In this document: positions 49,194-59,899 of the stretch, one piece after another
Numbering within the stretch: position 1 is the first letter of the stretch
How the letters are laid out: each line of letters begins with the position of its first letter
From: an uncultured Chloroflexia bacterium
GTDB taxonomy: Bacteria; Chloroflexota; Limnocylindria; Limnocylindrales; CSP1-4
Reading direction: 5' to 3'
Assembly (NCBI GenBank): GCA_963757595.1
Contig: CAVWRX010000003.1
Coordinates: 373,506-437,505, forward strand
DNA length: 64,000 bases
Program-made: the position numbers and the translations under genes
The notes under the pieces: generated by a model
What the model was told of the DNA's origin: nothing
What the model saw: only the letters and a program-made list of their open reading frames with translations
Database searches by the model: none

Positions 49194-51276
49194 TTGAGCC
49201 TTCCGCGCGGCGGCTCGACCCGGGGCATCGGCGCAACCATCGGCCTCGGCGGCGGCCGAGGAATGGGCCGCGGCGGGGGTGGCGGCAGCCGGTTCGGTAG
49301 CGGCTCGAACCAGCCGTACGAAGCGATCCCGCCCGAGCGCCGGGCGCGGACTCTCCGGCGGATCCTCGTCTTCTTCCGACCCTATCGAACGAAGATCGCG
49401 GTCGTCACGACGGCGATCCTGATCACCAGCGGCCTGGGGCTCATCAACCCGATCCTCCTCAAGCTGCTCATCGACGACGCGATCCCCCATCTCGACTTCA
49501 GCCGGCTGAACCTCTACGTGGGGCTGATGATCGTCGTGCCGATCGTCTCGGGCTTGATCGGCCTGGGCCAGAGCTACCTCAACAACCTCATCGGCCAGAG
49601 CGTCATGCAGGACCTCCGCGGGGCGCTGTATGCGCACCTTCAGCGGATGCCGCTGCGCTTCTTCACGGAGACGAAGACCGGCGAGATCCAGAGCCGCCTC
49701 GCCAACGACGTCGGCGGCATCCAGGGCGTGGTCACCGACACCGCGGCCTCGCTCACCTCGAACCTGGCCGTCGCCATCAGCACCGTCATCGCCATGTTGA
49801 TCATCGACTGGCGGCTCACCGCCCTGTCGCTCGGGATCCTGCCGTTCTTCATGTACCTGACCTTCCGGGTCGGGAAGATCCGGCGCGAGGTCAGCGGCGA
49901 GACGCAGCGGTCGCTGGCCGAGCTCTCAGCCGTCACCGAGGAAACGCTCTCCGTGTCCGGGATCCTGCTGTCCAAGACGTTTGGCCAGCAGGGCGCGGCG
50001 GTGAACCGATTCGTCGGCCTCAACCGCCGCCTGGCCGTGCTCCAGATCCGCCAGGCGATGGTCGGCCGCTGGTTCTTCATGATCGTCGGGACGGTCTTCT
50101 CGATCACCCCGGCGCTCGTCTACTGGCTCGCCGGCTGGCTGGCGATCAACGGTGCCCCGAGCGCGCCGACGATCGGCGACATCGTGGCCTTCACGACGCT
50201 CCAGTCACGCCTCTTCTTCCCGCTCGGACAGCTGCTCAACATCCAGGTCGAGATGCAGGGGGCGCTGGCCCTCTTCGACCGCATCTTCGAGTACCTCGAG
50301 ATGGATCCGGAGATCGTCGACGCCCCGGACGCCGTGGCCCTCGATCCGGCGACCGTCAGGGGCGAGATCCGCTTCCGCGATGTGGCCTTCCGCTACCCGG
50401 CCGCCGCCGTCGCCGCGGTCCTCGAACCGACGGAGGGCGAGGCGCGACGACGCCCCCGGTGCTGGAGCGAACGACCCTGCCCCCAGGGCCAGGACGGCCC
50501 CGAACGAGGCGCACATGGCGTTCGGGATCGAGGACATCGACTTCCAGGCCGCGCCGGGCGAGCTGGTCGCGCTCGTCGGGCCGTCAGGGTCGGGCAAGAC
50601 GACGACCACCTACCTGCTGCCCCGGCTCTACGACGTCGACCGCGGGGCGATCGAGATCGACGGAACCGACATCAGGAGGCTGACCCTGGCCTCGCTCGGA
50701 TCCGTCATCGGTTTCGTGACCCAGGAGACATACCTCTTCCACGCCAGCATCCGGGACAACCTGATGTACGCCAAGCCGGAGGCCAGCGTCGAGGAGATGG
50801 AGACGGCGGCCCGGGCGGCGGCAATCCACGATCGGGTCATGGAGCTGCCGCAGGGCTACGACACGATCGTCGGCGAGCGCGGCTACAAGCTGTCCGGCGG
50901 CGAGAAGCAGCGGATCGCGATCGCCCGGGTCCTCCTCAAGGACCCCAGGATCCTCATCCTCGACGAGGCGACCTCCGCCCTCGACACGGTCAGCGAGCGG
51001 CTCATCCAGGCGGCGCTCGAGCGCCTGGAACGGGGACGAACCACGATCGCCATCGCCCATCGCCTGTCCACGATCCTTCGCGCCGACCGCATCCTCGTCT
51101 ATCGCGGCGGCCGGATCGTCGAACGCGGGACCCACGCCGAGCTCATCGCCGCGGACGGGTTGTACGCCCGCCTGTACCACGAGCAATTCGAGGGCCCGCC
51201 GGCCGACGCGGCGGGCTCTCCGCATATGGAGGGCACGGTCGCCGGGAGCGGCGCCCCGGACCACGTGCCCGGCTAG
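49194..51276 (+). CDS. ABC transporter, fused permease/ATP-binding exporter (MsbA-like). Frameshift in the TMD–NBD linker around 50430-50510
   Basis: The six-helix TMD (ORF 49194..) ends at FRYPAAA. The NBD (ORF 50152..51276) carries Walker A ([11 protein letters not shown]), signature ([13 protein letters not shown]), Walker B ([12 protein letters not shown]) and H-loop (IAHRLST). Confidence 0.7.
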
Positions 51277-52271
51277 CGATCCATCACCAGCACCGCGGCG
51301 CCCGCGATCTCGCCCCGCTCGATGCGGCCGAGGGCGAGGTTGCCGGCGGACAGCGGGTGGACCTCGACCTCGGTCCGGACGGGGATCGTCACGGCCAGCT
51401 CGAGGTACTCGGTGGCGTCGCGCCGTGTCACGTTGGCGACGCTCCGGATTGAGCGCTCCCACCAGAGGTCGCCGTAGTCGAAGGCGGGGATGCCGTCCAG
51501 GTGGATCGCGTTGACGACGACGGTCCCGCCGCGATCGAGGGCGCGCAGGGCGGCGATCACCACGGAACCGACCGGCGCGAACGTGATCGCAGCGTCGAGC
51601 GGCACGGGTGGCGGCTCGTCGTGGCCACCAACCGAGGCGGCCCCGAATTCGATCGCGCGATCGAGGTCGGCCCGTGAGCGCGACGCGACATGGACCTCGC
51701 AGCCCCAGTGCCGGGCGACCTGGATCGCCTGGAGCGCCGACGCCCCGAACCCGAAGAGGCCCAGCCGCCCGCCCGGCTGGATGCCACTCAGGCGCAGGGC
51801 GCGGTACCCGATCACGCCACCGCACAGCAGCGGCGCGGCTGCCATGTCGTCCATGCCGGCCGGCAACTGGACGGCGACGTCGGCCCGCACGGCGAGTCGC
51901 TCCGCGAAGCCCCCGTCCCGATCCCAGCCGCTGAACGTCGCCACCCGACAGAGGTTCTCGCGCCCGGTTCGGCAGAACCTGCAGGTGCCGTCGAAGCCGG
52001 CGAGCCAGGTCACACCGGCGCGGTCCCCCACGTGCCAACCTTCGACCGCGGCGCCGATCGCCTCGACGATGCCCACCGCCTGATGGCCCGGAATGACCGG
52101 CAGGCGACGCGCGGCGAGGTCACCCGTGACGATCTGGAGATCGGTCCGACAGACGGCGCAGGCCGAGACGCGGACGACGAGGTCGTCCGGGCCGCCAACC
52201 GGGTCGGCCACGCTCCCGTTCCCGCATCGGTGCGGATTCGATCGGACCGGGGTGATCGAGGACGAGCGCAC
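51273..52271 (-). CDS. Zinc-binding alcohol dehydrogenase family protein
   Basis: [22 protein letters not shown] ... GHQAVGIV ... structural-zinc cysteines [12 protein letters not shown]. Confidence 0.7.
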   Translation of the reverse strand: MRSSSITPVRSNPHRCGNGSVADPVGGPDDLVVRVSACAVCRTDLQIVTGDLAARRLPVIPGHQAVGIVEAIGAAVEGWHVGDRAGVTWLAGFDGTCRFCRTGRENLCRVATFSGWDRDGGFAERLAVRADVAVQLPAGMDDMAAAPLLCGGVIGYRALRLSGIQPGGRLGLFGFGASALQAIQVARHWGCEVHVASRSRADLDRAIEFGAASVGGHDEPPPVPLDAAITFAPVGSVVIAALRALDRGGTVVVNAIHLDGIPAFDYGDLWWERSIRSVANVTRRDATEYLELAVTIPVRTEVEVHPLSAGNLALGRIERGEIAGAAVLVMDR

Positions 52272-52417
52272 GCATCGCGCCGATCCTAGCGCGGCGCGGT
52301 CAGACCGGGAAGAAACACGCAGGAGTCCGCATCGGGACGTCCCGGAGGCCGCGGAGTAGCATCGGAATGGTCCCGCCAGATCCGCCCACCCCCTCCCCCC
52401 GACGGAGCCCGATCCCG

Positions 52418-52909
52418 ATGACGACCATCCGTAGTGCCACGCTCGTCCACGAGGGCGACAATCGCTTCACCACGTCCACCGAGACCGGGCGGACGTTCGT
52501 GTGGGGCGACGACTCCGACAAGGGCGAGCTGAGCCCGGTGGAGACGGTCACGATAGCCCTGGCCGCCTGCAGCGCCATGGACGTCATCTCGATCGCGCTC
52601 AAGAAGCGGCAGGGAATCGACCGTTATGCGATCCACGTCCGGGGCGAACAGCGCGACGAATACCCGCAAGTCCTTACACGCGTCGACGTCACCCACGAGG
52701 TCGTCGGCCCGACGGTCGACGAGGCGGCCATCCGGCGCTGCATCGAGCTGTCGGCCACCAAGTACTGCCCCGTCAACGCGATGCTGTCGTCGGGGGCGAC
52801 CGAGGTCCATCACCGGTACGTGGTCGAGAACAACGGCCCGGCGCCGTTCTCGGCCGAGGGCGAGGTCGTGATCACGGGACCCTTCAGGCGCCCCGATATC
52901 GTCCCCTGA
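52418..52909 (+). CDS. OsmC family peroxiredoxin-like protein
   Basis: ETVTIALAACSAMDV ... LSATKYCPVNAML. GGAG lies ~10 nt upstream of the ATG. Confidence 0.7.
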   Translation: MTTIRSATLVHEGDNRFTTSTETGRTFVWGDDSDKGELSPVETVTIALAACSAMDVISIALKKRQGIDRYAIHVRGEQRDEYPQVLTRVDVTHEVVGPTVDEAAIRRCIELSATKYCPVNAMLSSGATEVHHRYVVENNGPAPFSAEGEVVITGPFRRPDIVP

Positions 52910-52941
52910 CCCGCGCCGCGGCATCGCCGCTCGGCGTGACG

Positions 52942-52976
52942 TGCATGACTATGCAGCGACTTGTGTATAGTCATGC
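52942..52976. promoter_or_regulatory. Probable ArgR operator (ARG box) upstream of argC
   Basis: AT-rich island in a GC-rich region. Contains the palindrome TGCATGACTATGCA and a 10-bp inverted repeat (GCATGACTAT ... ATAGTCATGC). It ends 6 nt before the argC ATG, and argR is encoded in the same cluster. Confidence 0.5.
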
Positions 52977-52981
52977 GTCCA

Positions 52982-54109
52982 ATGGCAAGACTCGACCGAC
53001 CTCGATCCGACCGTTGACCCACCCGCCGGCGGGGGCGCCCGCCAAACGCCGATCCGCGTCGGGATCGTCGGGGCGACCGGCTACGTCGGCGGGGAGCTGA
53101 TCCGGCTGCTTGCCGCGCATCCACATGTCGAGCTCGTCGGGCTCACCGGTCGCGAGCGGCGTGGTGATCCCGTGGGCGGCGTCCACCCCCACCTCGCGAC
53201 GACCGACCTTTTCCTCGAGAGTGAGCTCGCCGTCGACGTTGACGCCGTCTTCCTCGCCTTGCCCCACGGGACGGCCGCTCGGCTCGTCCCGGACCTCCTG
53301 ACGAGGGGCATCACGGTCATCGACCAGGGGCCGGACTTCCGGCTTCGCGCTCCCGCCGACTATCCGCGCTGGTACGGCTTCGAGCATCCGCACCCGGAGC
53401 TCCTCGACCGCGCCGTCTATGGCCTGCCCGAGCTGCACCGCACGGCGCTCATGGCCTCCGGCGCCGCCCTGCGCGCTGGCACCCGCGGCGCTCGTCGGCT
53501 CGCCGGGTTGCTACCCGACGGCGACCCTGCTGGCGCTCGCGCCGCTCGCCCGGGCCGGCCTCATCGCCGATCTCGTCGTGGATGCCAAGAGTGGCGTGAG
53601 CGGCGCGGGTCGCGAGGCCAAGGCCGAGATGCTCTATGCCGAGGTCAACGAGAGCGTCAAGGCCTACGGCGTCACCGGCCACCGCCATGCCGCCGAGATG
53701 GAGCAGGAGCTCGGTGCCCTCGCCGCGGGGACTGCGGCGGCGGAGGCGGTCCGCGCGGTCGACTTCCTGCCGCACCTGATCCCGATGACACGCGGGATCC
53801 TGTCCGCCTGCCACGTCCGGCCGACCCGGCCCGTGACGCAGGCCGAGCTGGACGAGCTGTACGCGGCCGCGTACGGCACCGAGCCGTTCGTGACGGTCGT
53901 CGGCGACGCCGCCGTCGACGGGCCACGTCCTCGGCAGCAATCACGCCCGGGTCTTCGTCCGGGCCGACGATCGGACCGGCCGCGTCCTGGCGCTCGGCGC
54001 GATCGACAACCTGGTGAAGGGGGCCGCGGGCCAGGGTGTCCAGGCCCTCAACCTGGTGTTCGGCCTGCCCGAGACGGTCGGTCTCGAAGCCCTGCCGATC
54101 GCGCCATGA
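52982..54109 (+). CDS. argC: N-acetyl-gamma-glutamyl-phosphate reductase, split into four frames by three single-base indels (~52987, ~53483, ~53928)
   Basis: N-terminus IRVGIVGATGYVGGELIRLLAAHP ... FLALPHG ... AVYGLPEL (frame 0). Middle LVGSPGCYPTATLLALAPL ... VDAKSGVSGAGR ... AYGVTGHRH (ORF 53419). C-terminus RADDRTGRVLALGAIDNLVKGAAGQGVQALNLVFGLPETVGL (third frame), ending at 54109. Confidence 0.7.
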
Positions 54110-55464
54110 CGCTGGCTGCTCGGACCGATGTCCTGACTCCCGTCCCTACCGGCCTGCCGGACGTCGAGCGAGCCGCCCGGCTCCCGGGTGGATTTGCGGC
54201 CGCCGGTCGGGCGATCGGGATCAAGGCCAGCGGGCGTCCCGACCTCGCGCTCATCGTGGCCACCGGCGGGCCGGCCGCGGCAGCCGCCGTCTTCACGCCG
54301 AACACGTTCGCCGCCGCGCCCGTGCGCCGATCCCGTGCCAACCTGAAGGCATCGGCGGGCTGGGCGCGGGCCGTCGTCTCGACGAGCGGGAGCGCGAACG
54401 CCGCCACCGGCGCCGCGGGTGATGCCGATCAGGCACGTATCGGCCGGCTCGTCGCGGCGGCGCTGGATCTCGAGGAAACCGAGGTCCTCCATCTCTCGAC
54501 CGGGATCATCGGAACGCGGCTGCCGCTCGACAAGGTCGAGGCCGGGCTCGACGCGATCCGTCCGCAGCTCGCCGCCTCCGACGCAGGGCTCGAGGCGGCG
54601 GCGACGGCCCTTCGAACGACCGATTCGACCACCAAGGTGGCCAGCGTGACCGTTCGTCTTGACGATTCGTCGGGCCTGCCGCGAGATGTCCGCGTCTCCG
54701 GGATCGCCAAGGGCGTCGGGATGATCCACCCGATGATGGCGACGATGCTCTCGGTGATCCTGACGGACGCGGCTGTCGCGCCGGCGCTCCTCGCCTCGAT
54801 GTTGCGAGTGGCGGCGGCGCGAACATGGGACCAATTGTCGGTCGACGGCGACACGAGCACGAACGACACCGTCTTCGTGCTCGCGTCCGGCGCGGCCGGT
54901 GCAGCGACCGTGGATGCCGGCAGCCCGTCCGCCGCGATCCTGGCCGCGGCCATCGAGGCCGTCGCGCGGGACCTCGCCCGGCAACAGGCGGCAGACGGCG
55001 AGGGCGCGACGTGCCTGCTCACCTGCCAGGTCACGGGGGCGACCGACGACGCCGATGCGCGAGCCGTTGCCCGGGCCGTGATCTCGAGCAGCCTGGTGAA
55101 GGCGGCGGCGCACGGCAAGGACCCGAACTGGGGTCGCGTCGCCGGGGCGGCAGGAAACGCGCGCCTTGCCGGCGCGGCGGTCCTCGAAGCGTCGGGCCTG
55201 TCGCGGGACGAGGCAGTCACCCGGGGTGGCAGTCCGGCGACCCTTGATCCCGGCCGGCTGCGGATCGCCATGGCCGGCCACCTGGTCTTCGACGGGTCCG
55301 CCGGGGGACCGCAGGGATTCGACCGCGCGGCGGCCCGCGCCGCGATGTCTGGCCCGGAAATCCTCATCCGGCTCGACCTCGGCCTCGGTCGCGGTTCGGG
55401 CGAAGCCTTCGGCTGCGACCTCACGGAAGCCTACGTTCGCGAGAACTCGGAGTACACAACGTGA
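54106..55464 (+). CDS. argJ: Bifunctional glutamate N-acetyltransferase / amino-acid acetyltransferase
   Basis: GFAAAGRAIGIK ... GMIHPMMATMLSVILTDA ... the self-cleavage ATML site is present. ATGA overlap with the argC stop. Confidence 0.85.
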   Translation: MTLAARTDVLTPVPTGLPDVERAARLPGGFAAAGRAIGIKASGRPDLALIVATGGPAAAAAVFTPNTFAAAPVRRSRANLKASAGWARAVVSTSGSANAATGAAGDADQARIGRLVAAALDLEETEVLHLSTGIIGTRLPLDKVEAGLDAIRPQLAASDAGLEAAATALRTTDSTTKVASVTVRLDDSSGLPRDVRVSGIAKGVGMIHPMMATMLSVILTDAAVAPALLASMLRVAAARTWDQLSVDGDTSTNDTVFVLASGAAGAATVDAGSPSAAILAAAIEAVARDLARQQAADGEGATCLLTCQVTGATDDADARAVARAVISSSLVKAAAHGKDPNWGRVAGAAGNARLAGAAVLEASGLSRDEAVTRGGSPATLDPGRLRIAMAGHLVFDGSAGGPQGFDRAAARAAMSGPEILIRLDLGLGRGSGEAFGCDLTEAYVRENSEYTT

Positions 55465-55523
55465 ACGCCCCTCGGACAACGCCTCGCCTCTATGCCGAGC
55501 CGCGGCCAAGGCACCGCCGAGCA

Positions 55524-55564
55524 CGCGAGCGAGCGCACTCGAACGTGCGCGAGCGAGCGCGCGC
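55524..55564. repeat. Palindrome flanked by direct repeats in the argJ–argB spacer (GCGAGCGAGCGCAC TCGAAC GTGCGCGAGCGAGCGC)
   Basis: Read directly. GCGCAC/GTGCGC is a perfect 6-bp inverted repeat around TCGAAC, and GCGAGCGAGCGC occurs twice. Confidence 0.5.
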
Positions 55565-55603
55565 AGGCGGCAACGCAGGCCCCGGCCGGCAGGGAGGCGA
55601 CCA

Positions 55604-56392
55604 GTGAGCGAGAGCGTCGTCATCAAGCTTGGCGGGACGACCATCGCCGAGCAGGCCCAGGTCCTCGCCGAGGTCGCCGCGCTGGCCCGCCGCCGGCCCG
55701 TGATCCTCGTTCACGGCGGCGGGAAGCGTCTCACCGAGTGGCTCGACCGGATGGGGGTGGTCTCGCAGTTCCGGGGAGGTCTGCGCGTCACGGACGCGGC
55801 GTCGCTCGAAGTCGCCGCGGCCGTCCTGCGCGGCGTGATCAACAGCGAGCTCGTGGCAGGCCTGCGGGCGCTCGGCGTGGATGCGGTCGGGCTGTCCGGC
55901 GTCGATGGCGGACTCCTCATCGCGGAACGGGTCGAGGATCTCGGGTTCGTGGCCCGCGTCGTCGGCCTCCGACGGGATCTCCTGGACGCCCTCATGGTCG
56001 CCGGTCAGGTGCCCGTGGTGGCGCCGCTGGCTCGCGACGAGCTGGGGATCGTCTGCAACGTCAATGCCGACGACGTCGCGGCGGGGATCGCGGCGGGGAT
56101 CGGTGCCCGGCAACTCGTGCTCATGACCGATGTCGACGGCGTCCATGACGCCAGCGGGCGGAAGCTCGATTCCCTGACGGCCGCCGAGGCGGAGACCCTG
56201 ATCGAGGCGGGCGTCATCGCGGGTGGCATGGTGCCGAAGATCCGGGCCGCGCTCGGCGCGCTGGCGTGGGAAGGCACCGAGGCGATCATCGCCGACGCGG
56301 GCGCCCCGAACGCCCTCAGCCGGGCCCTGGAGGATCCGACGTTCGGGACGCGGCTCACCACCTCGCGCTCCGCCCGGGTCAGCGCCGCGTGA
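55604..56392 (+). CDS. argB: Acetylglutamate kinase
   Basis: VVIKLGGT ... VILVHGGG ... GFVARVV. GTG at 55604 with AGGGAGG 6 nt upstream. Confidence 0.8.
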   Translation: MSESVVIKLGGTTIAEQAQVLAEVAALARRRPVILVHGGGKRLTEWLDRMGVVSQFRGGLRVTDAASLEVAAAVLRGVINSELVAGLRALGVDAVGLSGVDGGLLIAERVEDLGFVARVVGLRRDLLDALMVAGQVPVVAPLARDELGIVCNVNADDVAAGIAAGIGARQLVLMTDVDGVHDASGRKLDSLTAAEAETLIEAGVIAGGMVPKIRAALGALAWEGTEAIIADAGAPNALSRALEDPTFGTRLTTSRSARVSAA

Positions 56393-56931
56393 GCGGGGGT
56401 CGTGCCTCGCTGGCATCGAATGGTTCGAGCGCCCAGACGGCCAAGCCGGACCGCCAGCGGGCGATCCGGGAGATCGTCGCCTCCGAGGCGATCGCCAGCC
56501 AGCAGGATCTCGCCGACCGGCTCGCCGGTCGTGGTTTCGCGGTCACCCAGGCGACCGTTTCCCGCGACATCGCCGAGCTCGGCCTGGCCAAGGCCTGGCG
56601 ACGAGACCATCACGTCTACGTCCTCGAGGACGCTCCCACCCGGCCGCGCACCGGCTCGGACGAGCGGCTCCGCCGCATCCTGACCGACATCCCGGTCGGG
56701 GTGGCCCGGAGCGGCCTCATCCTCGTGCTGACGGGCGGACCGGGCACGGCAAACGTCATCGCCCAGGCGATCGACGAGTCGACGCTCCATGATCAGGTCG
56801 GCACGGTTGCCGGCGACAACACGCTCATCGTGCTCTTCGCCGACGAGCCGGCCCTCGCGCGCTGGCTCCATCGCTTCACCACCCTGCAATCGACGGTCGC
56901 CCAGGGCGCCGGAACGGAGGTCTCCCGATGA
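56389..56931 (+). CDS. argR: Arginine repressor
   Basis: RQRAIREIVASEAIASQQDLADRLAGRGFAVTQATVSRDIAELGL (winged HTH) ... C-terminal GTVAGDNTLIV. GTGA overlap with argB. Confidence 0.75.
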   Translation: MSGGRASLASNGSSAQTAKPDRQRAIREIVASEAIASQQDLADRLAGRGFAVTQATVSRDIAELGLAKAWRRDHHVYVLEDAPTRPRTGSDERLRRILTDIPVGVARSGLILVLTGGPGTANVIAQAIDESTLHDQVGTVAGDNTLIVLFADEPALARWLHRFTTLQSTVAQGAGTEVSR

Positions 56932-58217
56932 AGAAGGTCGTGCTCGCCTACTCGGGTGGGCTGGACACATCCGTCGCCGTCGCCTGGCTGAAGGAGGAGT
57001 ACGACGTCGAGGTCGTCACCCTGACGGTCGACCTCGGTGGCGGCTCGCTTCGCCAGGGCGTCGAACGGCGAGCGATGTCGGCCGGCGCCTCGCGCGCCTA
57101 CGTCGTCGACGCTCGCGAGCGTTTCGTGACGGACTTCGTCTGGCCGCATCTCCAGGCGAATGCGCTCTACCAGGGGGCCTATCCGCTGGCGACGGCCCTC
57201 GCCCGACCGCTGATCGCGCAGCTCCTCGTGGAGGTCGCGCAGAAGGAGGGTGCGGACGCAGTTGCCCATGGCTGCACGGGCAAGGGCAACGACCAGGTCC
57301 GGTTCGATGTCGCCGTGCACGCCCTGGATCCGGGCCTCGAGGTCGTCGCACCGATGCGCGTTGGGATGGGCCTCACGCGGGACCAGGAGATCGACTACGC
57401 GGCCGAACGCGGGATCGAGATCCCGATCACGAAGTCGTCCCCGTATTCGATTGACGTCAATCTCTGGGGCCGGTCGTGCGAGACCGGCGTCCTCGAAGAC
57501 CCCTGGGTCTCGCCACCGGCAGACGCCTACGAGTGGACCGTGGCGCCATCGGCGGCGCCGGATCCCGTCGAGGTGACCATCGGATTCGAGGGTGGCATTC
57601 CCGTCTCGCTCGACGGCGGCTTCCTGCCACCGGTCGAGATCATCGATCGGCTCCACGCCCTCGGCGGAGCGCACGGCGTCGGGCGCGTCGACCACGTCGA
57701 GGACCGCCTGGTCGGCATCAAGAGCCGCGAGATCTACGAGGCGCCCGCCGCGACCATCCTGCATGCGGCGCACCGGGCACTCGAGGGCCTGACGCTCTCG
57801 AAGGACACCCTGCGGTTCAACCGCCTCGTCGCGGACGAGCACGCCCAGCTCACCTACGACGGGCTGTGGTTCTCGGCCCTTCATCGGGACCTGCGGGGCT
57901 ATGTGGCGTCGTCGCAACGGGTGGTCTCCGGTGACGTCCGGATGCGGCTCGACCACGGCTCTGCGATCCTCGCCGGGCGGCGTTCGCCACTCTCGCTGTA
58001 TGACAAGAACCTCGCGACGTACGACGAAGGCGACGCCTTCGACCATGCCTCGGCGGTCGGGTTCATCGAGATCTTCGGGTTGCCGCTGCGCGTCGAGGCG
58101 GCGCGCCACGGCGCGGTCGGCAAGCACCACGGCGCCGCGTGGGCGTGGACGCCGCCACTCCTGGCGGACCTCCCGACCACGATCGAAGACCCCGAGGGCG
58201 CGGCGACCGCCGGCTGA
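56928..58217 (+). CDS. argG: Argininosuccinate synthase
   Basis: VVLAYSGGLDTSV ... AHGCTGKGNDQVRF ... SIDVNLWGRS. ATGA overlap with argR. Confidence 0.85.
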   Translation: MKKVVLAYSGGLDTSVAVAWLKEEYDVEVVTLTVDLGGGSLRQGVERRAMSAGASRAYVVDARERFVTDFVWPHLQANALYQGAYPLATALARPLIAQLLVEVAQKEGADAVAHGCTGKGNDQVRFDVAVHALDPGLEVVAPMRVGMGLTRDQEIDYAAERGIEIPITKSSPYSIDVNLWGRSCETGVLEDPWVSPPADAYEWTVAPSAAPDPVEVTIGFEGGIPVSLDGGFLPPVEIIDRLHALGGAHGVGRVDHVEDRLVGIKSREIYEAPAATILHAAHRALEGLTLSKDTLRFNRLVADEHAQLTYDGLWFSALHRDLRGYVASSQRVVSGDVRMRLDHGSAILAGRRSPLSLYDKNLATYDEGDAFDHASAVGFIEIFGLPLRVEAARHGAVGKHHGAAWAWTPPLLADLPTTIEDPEGAATAG

Positions 58218-58281
58218 CCCGCGCCGGGAAGAAGCCGGAGCTCGGGACGGTCAGGCCCGTCCGACTCGCTAGGATGGCGGC

Positions 58282-59145
58282 ATGTCATTCAATCCCGGCG
58301 CAGACCTCGACCCAGGCCAGGTCACCGATGTCCGCAGCCGCCGGGGTACCGGTCTCGCGGTGGGGGGTGGCGGCCTGGGCATCGTCCTGGCCATCGTCTA
58401 CGTCCTGCTCGGGGGCAATCCGGCGGACCTCAGCTCGATCGACCTGAACGGGCAGGCGATCGGGCCTGGTGACTCGACGCTCGCAGCCGCCTGCAAGACC
58501 GGCGCCGACGCGAATGCCCGCGCCGACTGCCGGATCGTCGGGTATGTCAACAGCGTCCAGGCCTACTGGTCCGCGGCACTCCCGGCTACCGGCGTGACGT
58601 ACACCGATGCCACCACGGTGCTGTACACGGACACGCTCGCAACCGGATGCGGCACTGCCAGCACGTCCGTCGGGCCGTTCTACTGCCCGAATGACGGGAA
58701 CGTCTACCTCGATCTCGGGTTCTTCGACCAGCTCCAGTCGCAATACGGCGCCAAGGGTGGTCCGTTCGCGGAGGCGTACGTGGTCGCCCACGAGTACGGA
58801 CATCACGTCCAGGACTTGACGGGCATCCTCGCCCGGCAGGACGGCGGGACGGGAGCGGACAGCGCGTCAGTCCGGATCGAGCTGCAGGCCGATTGCCTGG
58901 CCGGCGTCTGGTCCAACCACGCCGCCGAGACGGGGTTCCTGCAACCGCTCACCTCGACCGACATCGCCGACGCCCTCGACGCCGCGTCGGCCGTCGGCGA
59001 CGATCGCATCCAGCAGGAGTTCCAGGGCCAGGTCAACCCCGAGAGCTGGACGCATGGATCGTCGGCCCAGCGCCAGCACTGGTTCACGACCGGCTACCAA
59101 CAGGGCGCGCTGAGGTCCTGCGATACGTTTTCCGCGACTCCCTGA
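58282..59145 (+). CDS. Neutral zinc metallopeptidase (YpfJ family)
   Basis: N-terminal TM helix, [17 protein letters not shown] ... HEYGHHVQ (HExxH). Confidence 0.7.
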   Translation: MSFNPGADLDPGQVTDVRSRRGTGLAVGGGGLGIVLAIVYVLLGGNPADLSSIDLNGQAIGPGDSTLAAACKTGADANARADCRIVGYVNSVQAYWSAALPATGVTYTDATTVLYTDTLATGCGTASTSVGPFYCPNDGNVYLDLGFFDQLQSQYGAKGGPFAEAYVVAHEYGHHVQDLTGILARQDGGTGADSASVRIELQADCLAGVWSNHAAETGFLQPLTSTDIADALDAASAVGDDRIQQEFQGQVNPESWTHGSSAQRQHWFTTGYQQGALRSCDTFSATP

Positions 59146-59197
59146 CCCTTCCGGCGGAAGGTCGGTCCGCTCCCCGCGCCGCGCAGTGTCCAGAACG

Positions 59198-59746
59198 CTA
59201 CTGCTTCGCTCCGAACAGGGTCTCGAGCTGGCCGATCGCTTGCTGGACGCCCGCAGCGTCGGGAACGCCGCCGTTCGGCGTCGCGTGGTTGACGAGGGCC
59301 GGAAGGATCGTCGCCAGCCCGGTGCGCAACTGCTCGGCCGGGACCCCGGTCTCCGTGCTGAGCTGCTGGAGGTGATCGGCGCCGAGCGCCTGCTCGACCT
59401 GGGCGGGGGTGATCGACTGGTTCGGTCCGGTGCCCACCCACGAGCTCGCGATGTTGCCGAGGCCGTTCGCCTGCATCGTTTCGAGGATCTGATGGAGCCC
59501 TGTCGTGCCGGTGGCGGACTTCCGGCCGAGCAGGCCGAGGATCGCCGGCAGGATCGCCGCGAGGTTGTTGGCGGAGCCCGCGGTGTTGGCGCCCGAGCCC
59601 CCGAGGGCGGCCCCGAGGACCGACCCAAGACCGCCCTTGCCGAGGACGGATTCAAGGGCGCCGAGCGGATTTCCGGAAGGCGCGGCGGCGGCTCCAGAGC
59701 CAGCGCCTTCGGCCCGCCCGGTGAGCTCTTTCAAGAGGTCATCCAT
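59198..59746 (-). CDS. YidB family protein (DUF937)
   Basis: Gly/Ala-rich with repeated LGxLLG motifs. C-terminus DAAGVQQAIGQLETLFG. Confidence 0.6.
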   Translation of the reverse strand: MDDLLKELTGRAEGAGSGAAAAPSGNPLGALESVLGKGGLGSVLGAALGGSGANTAGSANNLAAILPAILGLLGRKSATGTTGLHQILETMQANGLGNIASSWVGTGPNQSITPAQVEQALGADHLQQLSTETGVPAEQLRTGLATILPALVNHATPNGGVPDAAGVQQAIGQLETLFGAKQ

Positions 59747-59899
59747 GATCGATCTCCCCGACTTCGGCCGGCGGCCTGTCGTGCGGCGCCGGGGGCTTCA
59801 TCCTAGCCGCCGGCGGCAGACTTCGGAACAGCGTCGTGCCCGGTGGCCGCGGGGACGCACCGGGCACGAGGTTGGGCGGGGCTCCCTTCGAGCCGAGGG

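Noticed and set aside
58100-58217. C-terminal ~35-aa extension of ArgG (HGAVGKHHGAAWAWTPPLL...) as a sign of a frameshift into argH
   Set aside because: The downstream gene is a YpfJ-type metallopeptidase, not argH. No lyase motifs in any frame, so the tail is probably a genuine extension.
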